Positions 1 through 10,222 of a stretch of 64,000 nt of DNA are shown piece by piece. The position numbers and the translations under genes were made by a program. Within the stretch, counting starts at the first letter, position 1. Each line of letters begins with the position of its first letter. Under the pieces are notes generated by a model. It did no database searches, had not been told where the DNA came from, and saw only the letters and a list, made by a program, of their open reading frames with translations. This stretch comes from Bacteroidota bacterium (GTDB lineage Bacteria > Bacteroidota > Bacteroidia > Bacteroidales > NBLH01): contig JANYKN010000116.1 of NCBI GenBank assembly GCA_025361565.1, forward strand, positions 284,470 to 348,469. Reading direction: 5' to 3'.

Positions 1-1142
1 TCGGTTTAATGCTGTTGGGTTTATTGTTGATATATCTTGGTAAAAAAGGTATTCTTGAGCCTTTATTGATGATTCCAATGGGTTTGGGAATGGCTGCCAT
101 TAATGCCGGAATCATGTTTATGCCTGGAGGGAAACAGGGGAATTTGTTTGTAGATCCATTGGTAACCGATTACAATCAATTGATAGATACATTACAAATT
201 AATTTTCTACAACCAATATACACGCTTACATTCAGCAATGGATTGATAGCATGTTTTGTATTTATGGGCATTGGGGTTTTACTTGATGTTGGATACGTGC
301 TTCAGCGTCCATATATGAGTATGTTCCTTGCATTCTGCGGAGAATTGGGTACTTTTGCCACAATTCCAATTGCATTGGCAATGGGTCTAAACCTGAACGA
401 TTCTGCATCAATTGCAATGGTTGGAGGTGCCGATGGACCAATGGTTCTGTTCACTTCTTTAAGCCTTTCGAAGGAAATATTCGTTCCAATCACAGTTGTT
501 GCTTACTTATATTTAGGTTTGACATATGGAGGATATCCGTATCTTATCCGTTTATTGGTGCCAAAAAGATTACGTGGTATAAAGATGGAGCGCAAACAGG
601 TAAAAGTAAAACCAATTTCATCGGGCATAAAGTTGGCTTTTGCTTCGGTTTTATGCACCATTTTATGCTTGTTGTTTCCTGTTGCTGCTCCTTTGTTCTT
701 TTCATTATTTATTGGTGTAGCCATCCGTGAATCAGGATTGACCCATATTATTGCATTTATAGGCGGTCCATTATTGTATGGTTCTACATTTTTTCTTGGA
801 CTAACGCTTGGTGTGCTTTGCGAAGCCAATTTAATTTTAAACCCTAAAGTATTACTGTTGCTGGTTTTAGGCATTATTTCACTTTTGCTTTCAGGAATTG
901 GTGGAATTATGGGTGGCTACATCATGTATTTTATAAAAAGGGGGAATTTCAATCCAGTTATTGGAATAGCTGCTGTCAGCTGTGTTCCTACCACAGCCAA
1001 AGTTGCTCAAAAAGAAGTAAGTAAAGTTAATCCCGAAGCCTTTATTTTGCCCGAAGCTATTGCTGTAAACATTTGCGGTGTTATTACAACTGCAATTATT
1101 GCAGGTATTTATATTACCATGGTTCCACTGTTCCATGGATAA
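1..1142 (+). CDS. Na+-translocating decarboxylase beta subunit (OadB/MmdB/GcdB family), 5' end probably cut by the window edge
   Basis: ORF 9..1142 stays open back to base 1. It is a polytopic membrane protein with family blocks EPLLMIPMGLG, MVGGADGPMV and AAVSCVPTTAKVAQ that parallel EPLLLVPIGAG, IIGGADGPTA and AAGVSAVPDSARVAH in the 1958..3301 paralog. Confidence 0.85.
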   Translation, partial: GLMLLGLLLIYLGKKGILEPLLMIPMGLGMAAINAGIMFMPGGKQGNLFVDPLVTDYNQLIDTLQINFLQPIYTLTFSNGLIACFVFMGIGVLLDVGYVLQRPYMSMFLAFCGELGTFATIPIALAMGLNLNDSASIAMVGGADGPMVLFTSLSLSKEIFVPITVVAYLYLGLTYGGYPYLIRLLVPKRLRGIKMERKQVKVKPISSGIKLAFASVLCTILCLLFPVAAPLFFSLFIGVAIRESGLTHIIAFIGGPLLYGSTFFLGLTLGVLCEANLILNPKVLLLLVLGIISLLLSGIGGIMGGYIMYFIKRGNFNPVIGIAAVSCVPTTAKVAQKEVSKVNPEAFILPEAIAVNICGVITTAIIAGIYITMVPLFHG

Positions 1143-1146
1143 AAAA

Positions 1147-1196
1147 GTAGTGTATAGACTCAATACATATTGAGTCTATACACTACTTTTTTTATT
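1147..1196. terminator. Bidirectional intrinsic terminator between convergent genes
   Basis: A 19-bp perfect inverted repeat (GTAGTGTATAGACTCAATA at 1147-1165, TATTGAGTCTATACACTAC at 1168-1186) is flanked by an A6 run upstream and a T-run downstream. Confidence 0.8.
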
Positions 1197-1808
1197 TTAT
1201 TTGATTAAAAAATCAAGAAGAACAGTATTCTCAATTTTGCCAACTAGTCGATCACCAATTTTAACAGGACCAACACCTGCCGGAGTACCTGTATAAATTA
1301 AATCGCCAATTTTAAGCGTTACAAATTTCGAAACATATGCAATCAACACATCATAAGTAAAAATCATATCCCTTGTATTTCCTTGCTGAACCAATTGATC
1401 ATTAATTTCAAGGCTGAAATTCAGATTAGACAAATCTTCAAATTTATTTTTATATATGGATTCGCTAATTGGAGCTGCGCCATCAAAGGCTTTGGCAATT
1501 TCCCAAGGTTTGCCTTTTTCTTTACACACTTGTTGCAAGTCTCTGGCAGTAAAATCAATACCTAGCGCAATTTCATCAAAATAACGATGTGCAAATTTGG
1601 GCTCTATATTTTTGCCTACTTTATTGATTACCAAAACTATTTCAGTTTCATAATGAATATCCTTTGAAAAATCAGGATAGAAAAATGGTTTATTGTTCTT
1701 AATGATGGCTGTTTCTGGCTTCATAAAAAACATAGGTTCCTTTGGAATAGGGTTGTTTAGTTCTTTTGCGTGCTCAATGTAATTTCGACCAATTGCTATA
1801 ATTTTCAT
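1197..1808 (-). CDS. Fumarylacetoacetate hydrolase (FAH) family protein
   Basis: 203 aa with the typical FAH-family start MKIIAIGRNYIEHAKE..PMFFMKP and a C-terminal GDLIYTGTPAGVG block. Confidence 0.85.
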   Translation of the reverse strand: MKIIAIGRNYIEHAKELNNPIPKEPMFFMKPETAIIKNNKPFFYPDFSKDIHYETEIVLVINKVGKNIEPKFAHRYFDEIALGIDFTARDLQQVCKEKGKPWEIAKAFDGAAPISESIYKNKFEDLSNLNFSLEINDQLVQQGNTRDMIFTYDVLIAYVSKFVTLKIGDLIYTGTPAGVGPVKIGDRLVGKIENTVLLDFLIK

Positions 1809-1957
1809 ATTCTTTTTTAACCAAATGTATAAAATTATGTTTTACAATCGAAAAGATTTCAATTATTTACTGAGGTACAAAAAAAATAAAAGGCCTCGAA
1901 TAATCTAAGCCCTTTATTCCAAAAAAAAAGTAAACTTGAGGAGATTTTTATTGATTT

Positions 1958-3301
1958 TTACAGTAAATAACTTATCAATATACCAGCGGCAACAGCCGAG
2001 CCTATTATTCCAGCAACATTTGGAGCCATAGCATGCATTAATAAATGGTTCTTCGGATCAGCTCTTAATCCAATCATATGTGCTACCCTGGCACTATCTG
2101 GAACTGCTGAAACGCCTGCTGCCCCAATCAAAGGATTAATCTTTCGATCTCCTTTCAAAAATACGTTCATTAATTTAGCAAATGCAACTCCACCCGCAGT
2201 TGCAATAATAAACGATATTGCACCCAAAACAAAAATCAAAATGGATTGATAAGTCAGGAAAACATCTGCCTGGGTTGATGCACCTATTGTTAAACCAAGT
2301 ACGATGGTGACGATATCGATTAAAGTTGTACGGGCAGTTTCAGCAAGACGCCTTGTAACACCGGATTCTTTTAATAAATTTCCAAAGAACAACATTCCTA
2401 ATAACGGTAATGCACTTGGTGAAATGAAACAAGTCAGCAACAATCCAATAATTGGAAAGATTATTTTTTCAAGCCTGGTAACAGCCCTGGGAGGCTTCAT
2501 CCTGATTTGTCTTTCTTTTTTACTAGTCAGTAAATACATTATTGGTGGTTGAATTATCGGAACTAAAGCCATGTAAGCGTATGCCGCAATTGCAATTGGT
2601 CCAATCAGATTTCGAGTCACCGTGCCATCAGACAATACACTTACTCCATTTGCAAGTTTGGAGGCTACGAATATTGCTGTAGGACCATCGGCTCCACCAA
2701 TAATTCCAATAGCGCCTGCTTCAGCAGGATGGAAACCCAAGGCCAAGGCACCAAAGAAAGTAATAAAAATGCCCAGTTGAGCAGCAGCTCCAAGTAGTAA
2801 CAATTTTGGGTTTGATATCAGTGTTGAAAAATCTGTCATTGCTCCAATTCCTAAAAATATCAAGGATGGATAAATTCCTCTAACAACTCCAGCATATAGA
2901 AAGTTCAAGGTACTTCCATTTTCATACAAACCTATCTGAAGGTTCGCTCCTTCCATAAAGGGAATATTTCCCAACAGAATTCCTGCGCCAATTGGCACTA
3001 ATAAAAGTGGCTCGTAATCGAATTTAATAGCAAGAAAGATGAAAAATAAGCCAACCAAAATCATGATAAAATGACCTTTTGTAGCATTAGCAAAACCTGT
3101 ATAATTCAAAAAAGTTTGAATGCCGTCTATGATTCCGTTATCCTTAACAGGATTTTCTTTTGATATTTGGTTGGTTTGCTGTTGGCCTGCATTTAATTTG
3201 TCGTTCTGAAATATTACATTCTGTATAAGGAACAAAAGGGCAAGAATGGAAATGACTGTTAAAAATTTTCTCATATATTTTGAGTTAGCTTTTGCAGGCA
3301 A
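1958..3301 (-). CDS. Methylmalonyl-CoA/oxaloacetate decarboxylase Na+-pumping beta subunit
   Basis: 447-aa polytopic OadB-family protein and last gene of the decarboxylase operon. It carries an N-terminal TM plus Gln-rich linker extension. An alternative start at Met10 (3274) is possible. Confidence 0.85.
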   Translation of the reverse strand: MPAKANSKYMRKFLTVISILALLFLIQNVIFQNDKLNAGQQQTNQISKENPVKDNGIIDGIQTFLNYTGFANATKGHFIMILVGLFFIFLAIKFDYEPLLLVPIGAGILLGNIPFMEGANLQIGLYENGSTLNFLYAGVVRGIYPSLIFLGIGAMTDFSTLISNPKLLLLGAAAQLGIFITFFGALALGFHPAEAGAIGIIGGADGPTAIFVASKLANGVSVLSDGTVTRNLIGPIAIAAYAYMALVPIIQPPIMYLLTSKKERQIRMKPPRAVTRLEKIIFPIIGLLLTCFISPSALPLLGMLFFGNLLKESGVTRRLAETARTTLIDIVTIVLGLTIGASTQADVFLTYQSILIFVLGAISFIIATAGGVAFAKLMNVFLKGDRKINPLIGAAGVSAVPDSARVAHMIGLRADPKNHLLMHAMAPNVAGIIGSAVAAGILISYLL

Positions 3302-3348
3302 TTGAATAATAACTTACAAAAGATGATGATTGGTTTTATAAATTTCAA

Positions 3349-3777
3349 TTACAGAATTTCAAGCAAATGATCATTCTGCAAAACAGAATCGCCGACTTTT
3401 ACTTTGACAACAGTAACTTTCCCTTCTTTTTCAGCCAGTACATTGTTTTCCATTTTCATGGCTTCCATACAAATTAATTTTTGGCCAACTTTAACCTCGT
3501 CTCCAACATTTACAAATACATATAAAATAGTTCCAGGCAATGGCGATTTAACCGGCGTGGCACTTGAGCTTATGTTTTTCTTTATTTTGCTTTCGCTACG
3601 GGTTGGCTCAGGAACGCTGGTACGAACCAATACTGGTGTTTTACTGGTTTTTACTTCCCTGTCGACAGCTACAGAATAAGGGGTTCCATTAACTTCCAAT
3701 TTAATGTTTTTCCCCTCAAAACTTAAAATTTCCACATCGTAAATACTTCCCCCAATGGTAAATTTATAATTCTTCAT
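3349..3777 (-). CDS. Biotin carboxyl carrier subunit of the decarboxylase
   Basis: 142 aa with a C-terminal biotinyl domain and the biotinylation motif CMEAMKMEN, preceded by a Pro/Ser/Thr linker. Confidence 0.88.
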   Translation of the reverse strand: MKNYKFTIGGSIYDVEILSFEGKNIKLEVNGTPYSVAVDREVKTSKTPVLVRTSVPEPTRSESKIKKNISSSATPVKSPLPGTILYVFVNVGDEVKVGQKLICMEAMKMENNVLAEKEGKVTVVKVKVGDSVLQNDHLLEIL

Positions 3778-3851
3778 TGTATATATATTTTATAAATATC
3801 ATTTTTTTATAATTGTTAGGTATTTTGTAATTAGGATCTTGTCCTAAAAAT

Positions 3852-4211
3852 TCACCTTAAAGGTTTCCTCATAGAGTAAATTTTCGAACTCCACGGTGAA
3901 TAAGTTTTTGAAACCTTTTTAATGGTCATAATGGCATTTTCTTCGTCATGAATTTCGTTAAAATACAGATATAGGGCGGCGCTAATAGCAGCATCAACTC
4001 CCGAAGGCAATTGCAATTCTTCTACTGTCTGTCCTTTTAACATTTCTTTATCTTCGACCCGTGCTTTAATCTGCCATTCAATAATTTTGGGTATTGCTTT
4101 AAGAAAAAGATATAAAACAATCAAAGCAACGAAAACAATTGCCATTCCAACAAAGGCTATTGTTGCGTTTTCGATATTTAAATCACTTATATTTAATAAT
4201 AATTTGCTCAT
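3852..4211 (-). CDS. OadG-like small membrane subunit of the decarboxylase
   Basis: 119 aa with a single N-terminal TM helix (IAFVGMAIVFVALIVLYLF). It sits between the carboxyltransferase and BCCP genes, as in OadG/MmdD-type subunits. Confidence 0.65.
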   Translation of the reverse strand: MSKLLLNISDLNIENATIAFVGMAIVFVALIVLYLFLKAIPKIIEWQIKARVEDKEMLKGQTVEELQLPSGVDAAISAALYLYFNEIHDEENAIMTIKKVSKTYSPWSSKIYSMRKPLR

Positions 4212-4230
4212 AGCTCTTATATTAAAATCT

Positions 4231-5790
4231 TTAAAGAGGTAAATTTGAATGCTTCCGGGGTGGATTCACATCCTTTTTTGTTGCCAGAGTTTGCAGGGCA
4301 CGAATAATCCTGAACCTTGTATTTCTTGGTTCTATAACATCATCAATATAGCCGTATTTTGCAGCTTGATAAGGGTTTGCAAAATTATCAAGATATTCTT
4401 TTTCTTTTTCAGCAAAGAATTTTGCCTGTTCTTCGGGATCAATAATGCTTGCCAATTTTTTACCTTCCAAAATTTCAATGGCGCCTTTAGCTCCCATTAC
4501 GGCTATTTCAGCAGAAGGCCATGCATAATTAACATCTCCCCTTAATTGTTTAGAGCTCATTACATCATGCGCTCCGCCATACGATTTTCTTAATGTTACA
4601 GTCACTTTGGGCACAGTTGCTTCGCCATAAGCAAATAATAATTTAGCCCCATGGATAATAATTCCTCCATATTCCTGTGCACTACCTGGCAAAAATCCGG
4701 GTACATCAACCAATGTTACCAATGGAATGTTGAACGCATCACACATTCTGACAAAACGTGCTGCTTTGCGCGAAGCATCTATATCTAATACTCCAGCCAA
4801 ATAATTTGGCTGATTGGCAACGATTCCAACTGGTCGGCCATTAAATTTGGCAAATCCAACCACTATGTTTTTTGCAAAATGACGGTGGAACTCCAGGAAA
4901 TCACCATTATCCACAATGGCATATATTATTTTTTTAACATCATAAGCTTGATTAGATTGCGATGGCATGATTTCATTTAACTCATCAGAAAGCCTGTCTA
5001 TTGGGTCGTTACATGCTGTAACTATTGGATCTTCAAGGTTGTTTTGTGGAAAATATTCAAGCATTTTTCTGATAAGTAAAATACCTTCATCCTCACTTTC
5101 TGCCTTGAAATGCGCCACACCTGACTTACTTGAGTGAATGGTTGCTCCGCCAAGGTCTTCAGTGGAGATGGTTTCTCCAGTAACAGATTTTGTAACTTTT
5201 GGGCCAGTGACAAACATATAGCTTGTCTTATCTGCCATTAATACCACATCGGTTAACGCTGGTGAATATACTGCTCCACCTGCGCATGGACCAAAAATTG
5301 CAGATATTTGCGGGATTACTCCCGAAGCCATAATATTTCTTTGAAAAATTTCGGCATAACCGGCAAGACTGTTAACGCCTTCTTGTATCCTTGCTCCACC
5401 ACTATCGTTTATTCCAATAACAGGAACTCCCATTTTCATAGCCTGATCCATTATTTTACATATTTTTGTAGCATATGTTTCTGATAATGAGCCCCCAAAA
5501 ACAGTAAAATCCTGTGAAAAAACATAAACTACACGTCCATCAATTGTACCATGACCGGTTACAACACCGTCGCCCATGTATTTCTGTGATTCCATTCCAA
5601 AATCGGTGCATCGATGGGTCACAAACATGTCAATTTCTTCAAAACTTCCTTCATCAAGTAACATATCAATTCTTTCTCTAGCAGTATGTTTTCCCTGTTC
5701 ATGTTGTTTTGCAATTCGAAGCTCGCCACCACCTAATTTGGCTTCTTGACGAAAATGAATCAATTGTTCGATTTTTTCCTGGATATCCAT
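4231..5790 (-). CDS. Methylmalonyl-CoA decarboxylase alpha subunit / acyl-CoA carboxyltransferase
   Basis: 519 aa with carboxyltransferase blocks [34 protein letters not shown] and [16 protein letters not shown]. Confidence 0.92.
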   Translation of the reverse strand: MDIQEKIEQLIHFRQEAKLGGGELRIAKQHEQGKHTARERIDMLLDEGSFEEIDMFVTHRCTDFGMESQKYMGDGVVTGHGTIDGRVVYVFSQDFTVFGGSLSETYATKICKIMDQAMKMGVPVIGINDSGGARIQEGVNSLAGYAEIFQRNIMASGVIPQISAIFGPCAGGAVYSPALTDVVLMADKTSYMFVTGPKVTKSVTGETISTEDLGGATIHSSKSGVAHFKAESEDEGILLIRKMLEYFPQNNLEDPIVTACNDPIDRLSDELNEIMPSQSNQAYDVKKIIYAIVDNGDFLEFHRHFAKNIVVGFAKFNGRPVGIVANQPNYLAGVLDIDASRKAARFVRMCDAFNIPLVTLVDVPGFLPGSAQEYGGIIIHGAKLLFAYGEATVPKVTVTLRKSYGGAHDVMSSKQLRGDVNYAWPSAEIAVMGAKGAIEILEGKKLASIIDPEEQAKFFAEKEKEYLDNFANPYQAAKYGYIDDVIEPRNTRFRIIRALQTLATKKDVNPPRKHSNLPL

Positions 5791-5868
5791 AATCTTTTGA
5801 TGATTGTTTTATTTTCTATTGGTTAACTCTGTGAAGAAACGATATGGTCTATTCCTAAACCAAATACA

Positions 5869-6270
5869 TTATTTGCTGCAAAACTCAGTAAGAACTCCAA
5901 ATGTTGATTTTGGATGTAAAAAACCAATAGTTAAACCTTCAGCACCTTTTCTCGATTGTTTGTCTATTAAAGTTATGCCTTTACTTTCAGCATTTTGAAG
6001 TGCTTCATCGGTATTTTCAACGGCAAAAGCTAAATGGTGAATACCTTGTCCCCTCTTTTCAATGAATTTTGCAACAGGACTTTCTGGACTTGTCGCTTCC
6101 AATAATTCAATTTTTGTTTGACCAATCATAAAAAAGGCAGTTTTCACTTTTTGATCAGCTACTTCTTCAACAGAATAACATTCAAGGCCTAAAACACTTT
6201 CAAAATATGTTTTAGCTTCTTCGATGCTATTTACTGCTATTCCAATGTGTTCGATATAAGTTGGTTTCAT
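5869..6270 (-). CDS. mce: Methylmalonyl-CoA epimerase (VOC/glyoxalase fold)
   Basis: 133 aa with the VOC-fold start IEHIGIAV and the block GQGIHHLAF. It is the first gene of the decarboxylase operon. Confidence 0.8.
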   Translation of the reverse strand: MKPTYIEHIGIAVNSIEEAKTYFESVLGLECYSVEEVADQKVKTAFFMIGQTKIELLEATSPESPVAKFIEKRGQGIHHLAFAVENTDEALQNAESKGITLIDKQSRKGAEGLTIGFLHPKSTFGVLTEFCSK

Positions 6271-6670
6271 TTGAATGGATTTTATAGTTAATAAATTATG
6301 AGTTAAGATTGCTATTAAACTTTTTTATACTTAAAAGTTAATCAGCTTTTCATCAGTAAAAAAATATTGCTCTAATATATTTTGAAATTTCATCATGTTT
6401 TTTTGATTTTTTTGTCATTTTATTCCATTTTTTACTTAGAAAACACCAAAAAATAGAAAAAACAGGCAAATCCTCTTTTCATGTAGACAAATATAGATAC
6501 ATCTTTCTATTAATAAATTAAAATTTTAAGTTTAAATGCCTATTTTTATTCTTTTTATATTTATATTAACCTGATTATCTGTACATTATAAATCCATATA
6601 TGATTAACAACATATCAGGGATTTAATTTATAAATGCATAGATTAAATGATTTAATGATTATGTATTTTT

Positions 6671-6678
6671 TATATTTG
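6671..6678 (+). promoter_or_regulatory. Bacteroidota -7 promoter box (TAnnTTTG)
   Basis: TATATTTG lies 23 nt upstream of the ATG at 6701. No clean -33 TTTG was seen. Confidence 0.45.
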
Positions 6679-6700
6679 TTGTTTGTAATAAAAAGAAAAT

Positions 6701-7651
6701 ATGAAAATTGTAGTGCTTGATGCTTTAACACTCGGTCTGGATATCGATTTATCTCAATTTATTAAATATGGTGAACTGGAAATATATTCCACCACCAATA
6801 AGGAAGAAGTTAATACACGGATAGCGGATGCCGAAATTATTGTCACAAACAAAGTAATCATAGGACGAAGCGAATTATTGCAAGCTCCAAAACTAAAATT
6901 AATATGTGTTGCTGCAACTGGTTTTAACATAATTGATTTGGAAGCAGCCAGGGAAAAATCCATAGTGGTTTCAAACGTAAAAAATTACTCAACAGATTCT
7001 GTAGCTCAACATACATTTTCTTTGATATTGGCACTTCAAAACTCTCTATATGAATATATTACAGATGTACGAGATGGAGCTTGGTCCAAATCACCTATTT
7101 TTACTATGCTCAATCATTCATTTGATGATATTGCCGGCAAAAAATTGGGAATTATTGGTTATGGAACTATTGGAAAAAAGGTAGAAAGCATCGCTGTAGC
7201 ATTTGGAATGCAAGTATTAATAGGAAAGCGTCCAGGAATTAATTATGGAAACGAAAACAGAATAGAATTCGAAGTCTTGTTAAAAGAAAGCGATATCATA
7301 ACCATTCATACACCGTTATCAGAAAACACTAAAAATTTATTTACACATAGTGAATTCAAGAAAATGAAAAAATCAGCTATCCTTATTAATGTTGCCAGAG
7401 GAGGCATTGTTAATGAAGAAGATTTGGCACAAGCACTTTCGAACGGAATAATTAGAGCTGCAGCAATTGATGTATGTGAACAAGAGCCAATTGCAAAAAA
7501 TAACCAACTGTTAAGTTTGAAAAACGTATTGATAACTCCTCATATTGCATGGGCATCGCTAAATAGCAGGATAAAGCTTTTGAATGGAATTGAAAAAAAC
7601 ATCAAGAGTTTCATTTCTGGGAATATAAAAGATATTAATTTGGCAGTTTGA
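6701..7651 (+). CDS. D-isomer-specific 2-hydroxyacid dehydrogenase (glycerate/hydroxypyruvate reductase-like)
   Basis: 316 aa with the NAD-binding GIIGYGTIGKKV and the catalytic-region blocks INVARGGIVNEEDL and TPHIAWAS. Confidence 0.85.
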   Translation: MKIVVLDALTLGLDIDLSQFIKYGELEIYSTTNKEEVNTRIADAEIIVTNKVIIGRSELLQAPKLKLICVAATGFNIIDLEAAREKSIVVSNVKNYSTDSVAQHTFSLILALQNSLYEYITDVRDGAWSKSPIFTMLNHSFDDIAGKKLGIIGYGTIGKKVESIAVAFGMQVLIGKRPGINYGNENRIEFEVLLKESDIITIHTPLSENTKNLFTHSEFKKMKKSAILINVARGGIVNEEDLAQALSNGIIRAAAIDVCEQEPIAKNNQLLSLKNVLITPHIAWASLNSRIKLLNGIEKNIKSFISGNIKDINLAV

Positions 7652-7794
7652 AAATTAAATTCACGCAAACCTTGAATACACGTTGTCGGTTCTTGATGCT
7701 AAACTTATATTCTGCTAAAGGAAATTTCAGCAAATTTCTTTAAATCAGAATATATTTAAAAGAAATTTTAATAGCTTCTTTGAGTAGTGGAATT

Positions 7795-8637
7795 TTACCA
7801 AGGTAATTTAAACCAATACTTACTTATAATCTGATCTTCAGAAATAAACCCATTGGTGCGTGAATCATTTGCATCCTGCCTGTTATCACTTAATAAAAAA
7901 TAATAATTTTGTTTAAAAGCATAGTAATCTAAAACCTTTTTTGCTAAATAAGCTTGATTATTTATAAGCTCAAGTTTTTTTCCACTTTCTTTTTCTATAA
8001 TGTCTTTATAGAGATAATAAACCTTTCCAGGCAATCTTACTCTTTTTCCTTTTCCCGGTACGATTAAAGGCCCCATGTTGTCTTTGTTCCAATACAATGA
8101 TGAGTGAAATACTATGTTTCCGCTTTCTGCAACAGCAGGATCTTCAATAATTCTTTTTACATTAAAATGCAGGGAATCAGTTTTGACTTTTTTAAGCCCA
8201 TTTAAGCCAGCATTAAATTGAAAAACACCTATAGTGGCCAATTTTGGATTAAACATTAGATCGTTCGTATCCAAAAGTTTAGCAGTATATGCTATACTAT
8301 CGGTGGATAACGTATATTCAAATGAGATTATTCTGTTGTCATCAGAACGCTTACGATTTACATAAAGAATGGAGTGTTTAATTAGAATAGTATCTGATGG
8401 AAGTGCAACAATACGTCTAAATTTTGTTTCTTTCTCATTGGTTAAATGAAAAATCACTATAGTGTTCCGATCAATTTTGCTTACACTTAAACAAACCACC
8501 TTGTCATTTTTCATTAAAGTATTGGTCATTCCATAATCAGAAACTAAATCAATACGGATAAAAAAAAACTTCAAAAAAACAACAATAACAAAAGCCATTA
8601 CAAACGGTAAAGTCCATGAAATTATAAATCTTTTCAT
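7795..8637 (-). CDS. S26 signal-peptidase-I-like protein with both catalytic dyad positions substituted
   Basis: 280 aa with an N-terminal TM anchor. Box B reads YGMTNTL (canonical SM.PTL), box D reads FRRIVALPSDTI (canonical KR..G.PGD), and box E LLSDNRQDANDSRTNGFI is conserved. It sits downstream of dapB. Confidence 0.6.
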   Translation of the reverse strand: MKRFIISWTLPFVMAFVIVVFLKFFFIRIDLVSDYGMTNTLMKNDKVVCLSVSKIDRNTIVIFHLTNEKETKFRRIVALPSDTILIKHSILYVNRKRSDDNRIISFEYTLSTDSIAYTAKLLDTNDLMFNPKLATIGVFQFNAGLNGLKKVKTDSLHFNVKRIIEDPAVAESGNIVFHSSLYWNKDNMGPLIVPGKGKRVRLPGKVYYLYKDIIEKESGKKLELINNQAYLAKKVLDYYAFKQNYYFLLSDNRQDANDSRTNGFISEDQIISKYWFKLPW

Positions 8638-8670
8638 AGAAAACCTTTATGTGGATTTATATTCATAAAA

Positions 8671-9390
8671 TCACGAAAGCTCAAGTAAATCATCCATTCC
8701 AAACACACCGGATTTACCAATAATAAAACTGGCAGCAGTGAGCGCTCCCATTGCAAGTCCAATGCGACTTTTGGAAGAATGAATTATTTCAATACTTTCT
8801 ATTGGTGAGTCATAATGAACAACATGCAAACCAGGGTTTTCGCCAATCCTGTGCGATTTTATGGCAATTTCATTAACATCAGAAGCTATTTCTTTGACCC
8901 AACTCTTTTTATGTTGCAGATTTTTGATTATATCTTCGGCAAGAGTAATAGCTGTTCCGCTTGGTGCATCTAGTTTATGAATATGGTGTGTTTCTTCAAG
9001 AGAGATATCAAACTCTGGGAACTTATTCATCATTTTTGCCAAATATTGGTTTAGTTTGAAAAAAATATTAACTCCCAGGCTAAAATTTGAGGCATAAAAA
9101 AATGCTCCATTTTCAGTTTTGCAAAGCTCAATAACTTCATCAAACCTATGAAGCCAGCCTGTTGTTCCTGAAACTACAGGAACTCCTGAATTGATGCATC
9201 TAATAATATTATCAAACGCAACATCCGGAGTTGAAAATTCAATTGCTACATCAACTCTTCTTAGGTTTTCTTCGGTGAAATCCTCAAGGGTATTTTCATC
9301 AATTTTTAATTCAATGGTATGGTTATTCATTTCTGCCAATTCTTCAATTGTTTTGCCCATTTTACCATAACCGATTAATGCAATTTTCAT
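8671..9390 (-). CDS. dapB: 4-hydroxy-tetrahydrodipicolinate reductase
   Basis: 239 aa with the N-terminal Rossmann motif MKIALIGYGKMGK and the blocks ETHHIHKLDAPSGTA and VSGTTGW. Confidence 0.9.
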   Translation of the reverse strand: MKIALIGYGKMGKTIEELAEMNNHTIELKIDENTLEDFTEENLRRVDVAIEFSTPDVAFDNIIRCINSGVPVVSGTTGWLHRFDEVIELCKTENGAFFYASNFSLGVNIFFKLNQYLAKMMNKFPEFDISLEETHHIHKLDAPSGTAITLAEDIIKNLQHKKSWVKEIASDVNEIAIKSHRIGENPGLHVVHYDSPIESIEIIHSSKSRIGLAMGALTAASFIIGKSGVFGMDDLLELS

Positions 9391-9465
9391 ATGATTCTAA
9401 TTTATAAGCTCCTAAATTAAGCTATTTTTTACTAAACTTCCAAGAAATTTTAAATCGTAAAATCG

Positions 9466-9500
9466 TAAAAAAAAATGCTGTCAGAAAAATTCTGACAGCA
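9466..9500 (-). terminator. Intrinsic terminator after rplT
   Basis: The stem TGCTGTCAGA/TCTGACAGCA (9476-9485 / 9491-9500) is followed on the minus strand by a run of about 9 T. Confidence 0.8.
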
Positions 9501-9525
9501 TCTATAACATTCTAAGTTTAAATAT

Positions 9526-9870
9526 TTATTTTACTTCATTAACAATGGCTTCAAAAGCTTTGGGATGATTCATAGCTAAATCAGCTAAAACCTTACGATT
9601 CAAATGAATACCTTTTTTATTTATTTTTCCCATAAACTCAGAATAAGACATTCCATATAATCTTACTCCAGCATTAATCCTTTGGATCCAAAGTGCCCTG
9701 AAATTTCTTTTCTTGGTTTTTCTGTCGCGATAGGCATATTGCAAGCCTTTTTCTAAAATATTTTTCGCAACTGTGTAAACTTTACTACCTGAACCAAAAT
9801 TACCTTTTGCCTGGTCAAGGATCTTTTTTCTTCTGTGTCTTGATGCTACCGCGTTTACCGATCTTGGCAT
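9526..9870 (-). CDS. rplT: 50S ribosomal protein L20
   Basis: 114 aa; [33 protein letters not shown] is unmistakable L20. Confidence 0.97.
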   Translation of the reverse strand: MPRSVNAVASRHRRKKILDQAKGNFGSGSKVYTVAKNILEKGLQYAYRDRKTKKRNFRALWIQRINAGVRLYGMSYSEFMGKINKKGIHLNRKVLADLAMNHPKAFEAIVNEVK

Positions 9871-9964
9871 AATTTTATTTTTTTTTGATATTTAGTGTTT
9901 TTCTATTTCAAAAAGCTTAAATACTAAATCTCTGGTTATAAACTATTTAACTAATATAAACTTA

Positions 9965-10159
9965 TTAAATGGTAAGCATAAGCTTAACATTTTTCTCATC
10001 TGCTTTACTTACAGTTGTGAAATAAGTAAGATTTCTCTTCCTTTTGGTTGATTTTTTAGTCAAAATATGACTTTTAAAAGCATGCTTCCTTTTAATCTTA
10101 CCAGAGCCAGTAAGGATAAACCTTTTTTTAGCTCCGGAATTTGTCTTCATTTTTGGCAT
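9965..10159 (-). CDS. rpmI: 50S ribosomal protein L35
   Basis: 64 aa; [33 protein letters not shown]. Confidence 0.95.
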   Translation of the reverse strand: MPKMKTNSGAKKRFILTGSGKIKRKHAFKSHILTKKSTKRKRNLTYFTTVSKADEKNVKLMLTI

Positions 10160-10222
10160 TTTTCGTCTTTTTAATAATTAATTAGAATGTTATTTCTTAA
10201 TTCAGATGTTTCAAATCTGAAT

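Noticed and set aside
302-1163. Three minus-strand ORFs (302..493, 503..874, 891..1163) inside the first OadB-type gene
   Set aside because: They lie entirely antisense to a well-supported membrane-protein gene. Their translations are low-complexity with no motifs, so these are shadow ORFs.
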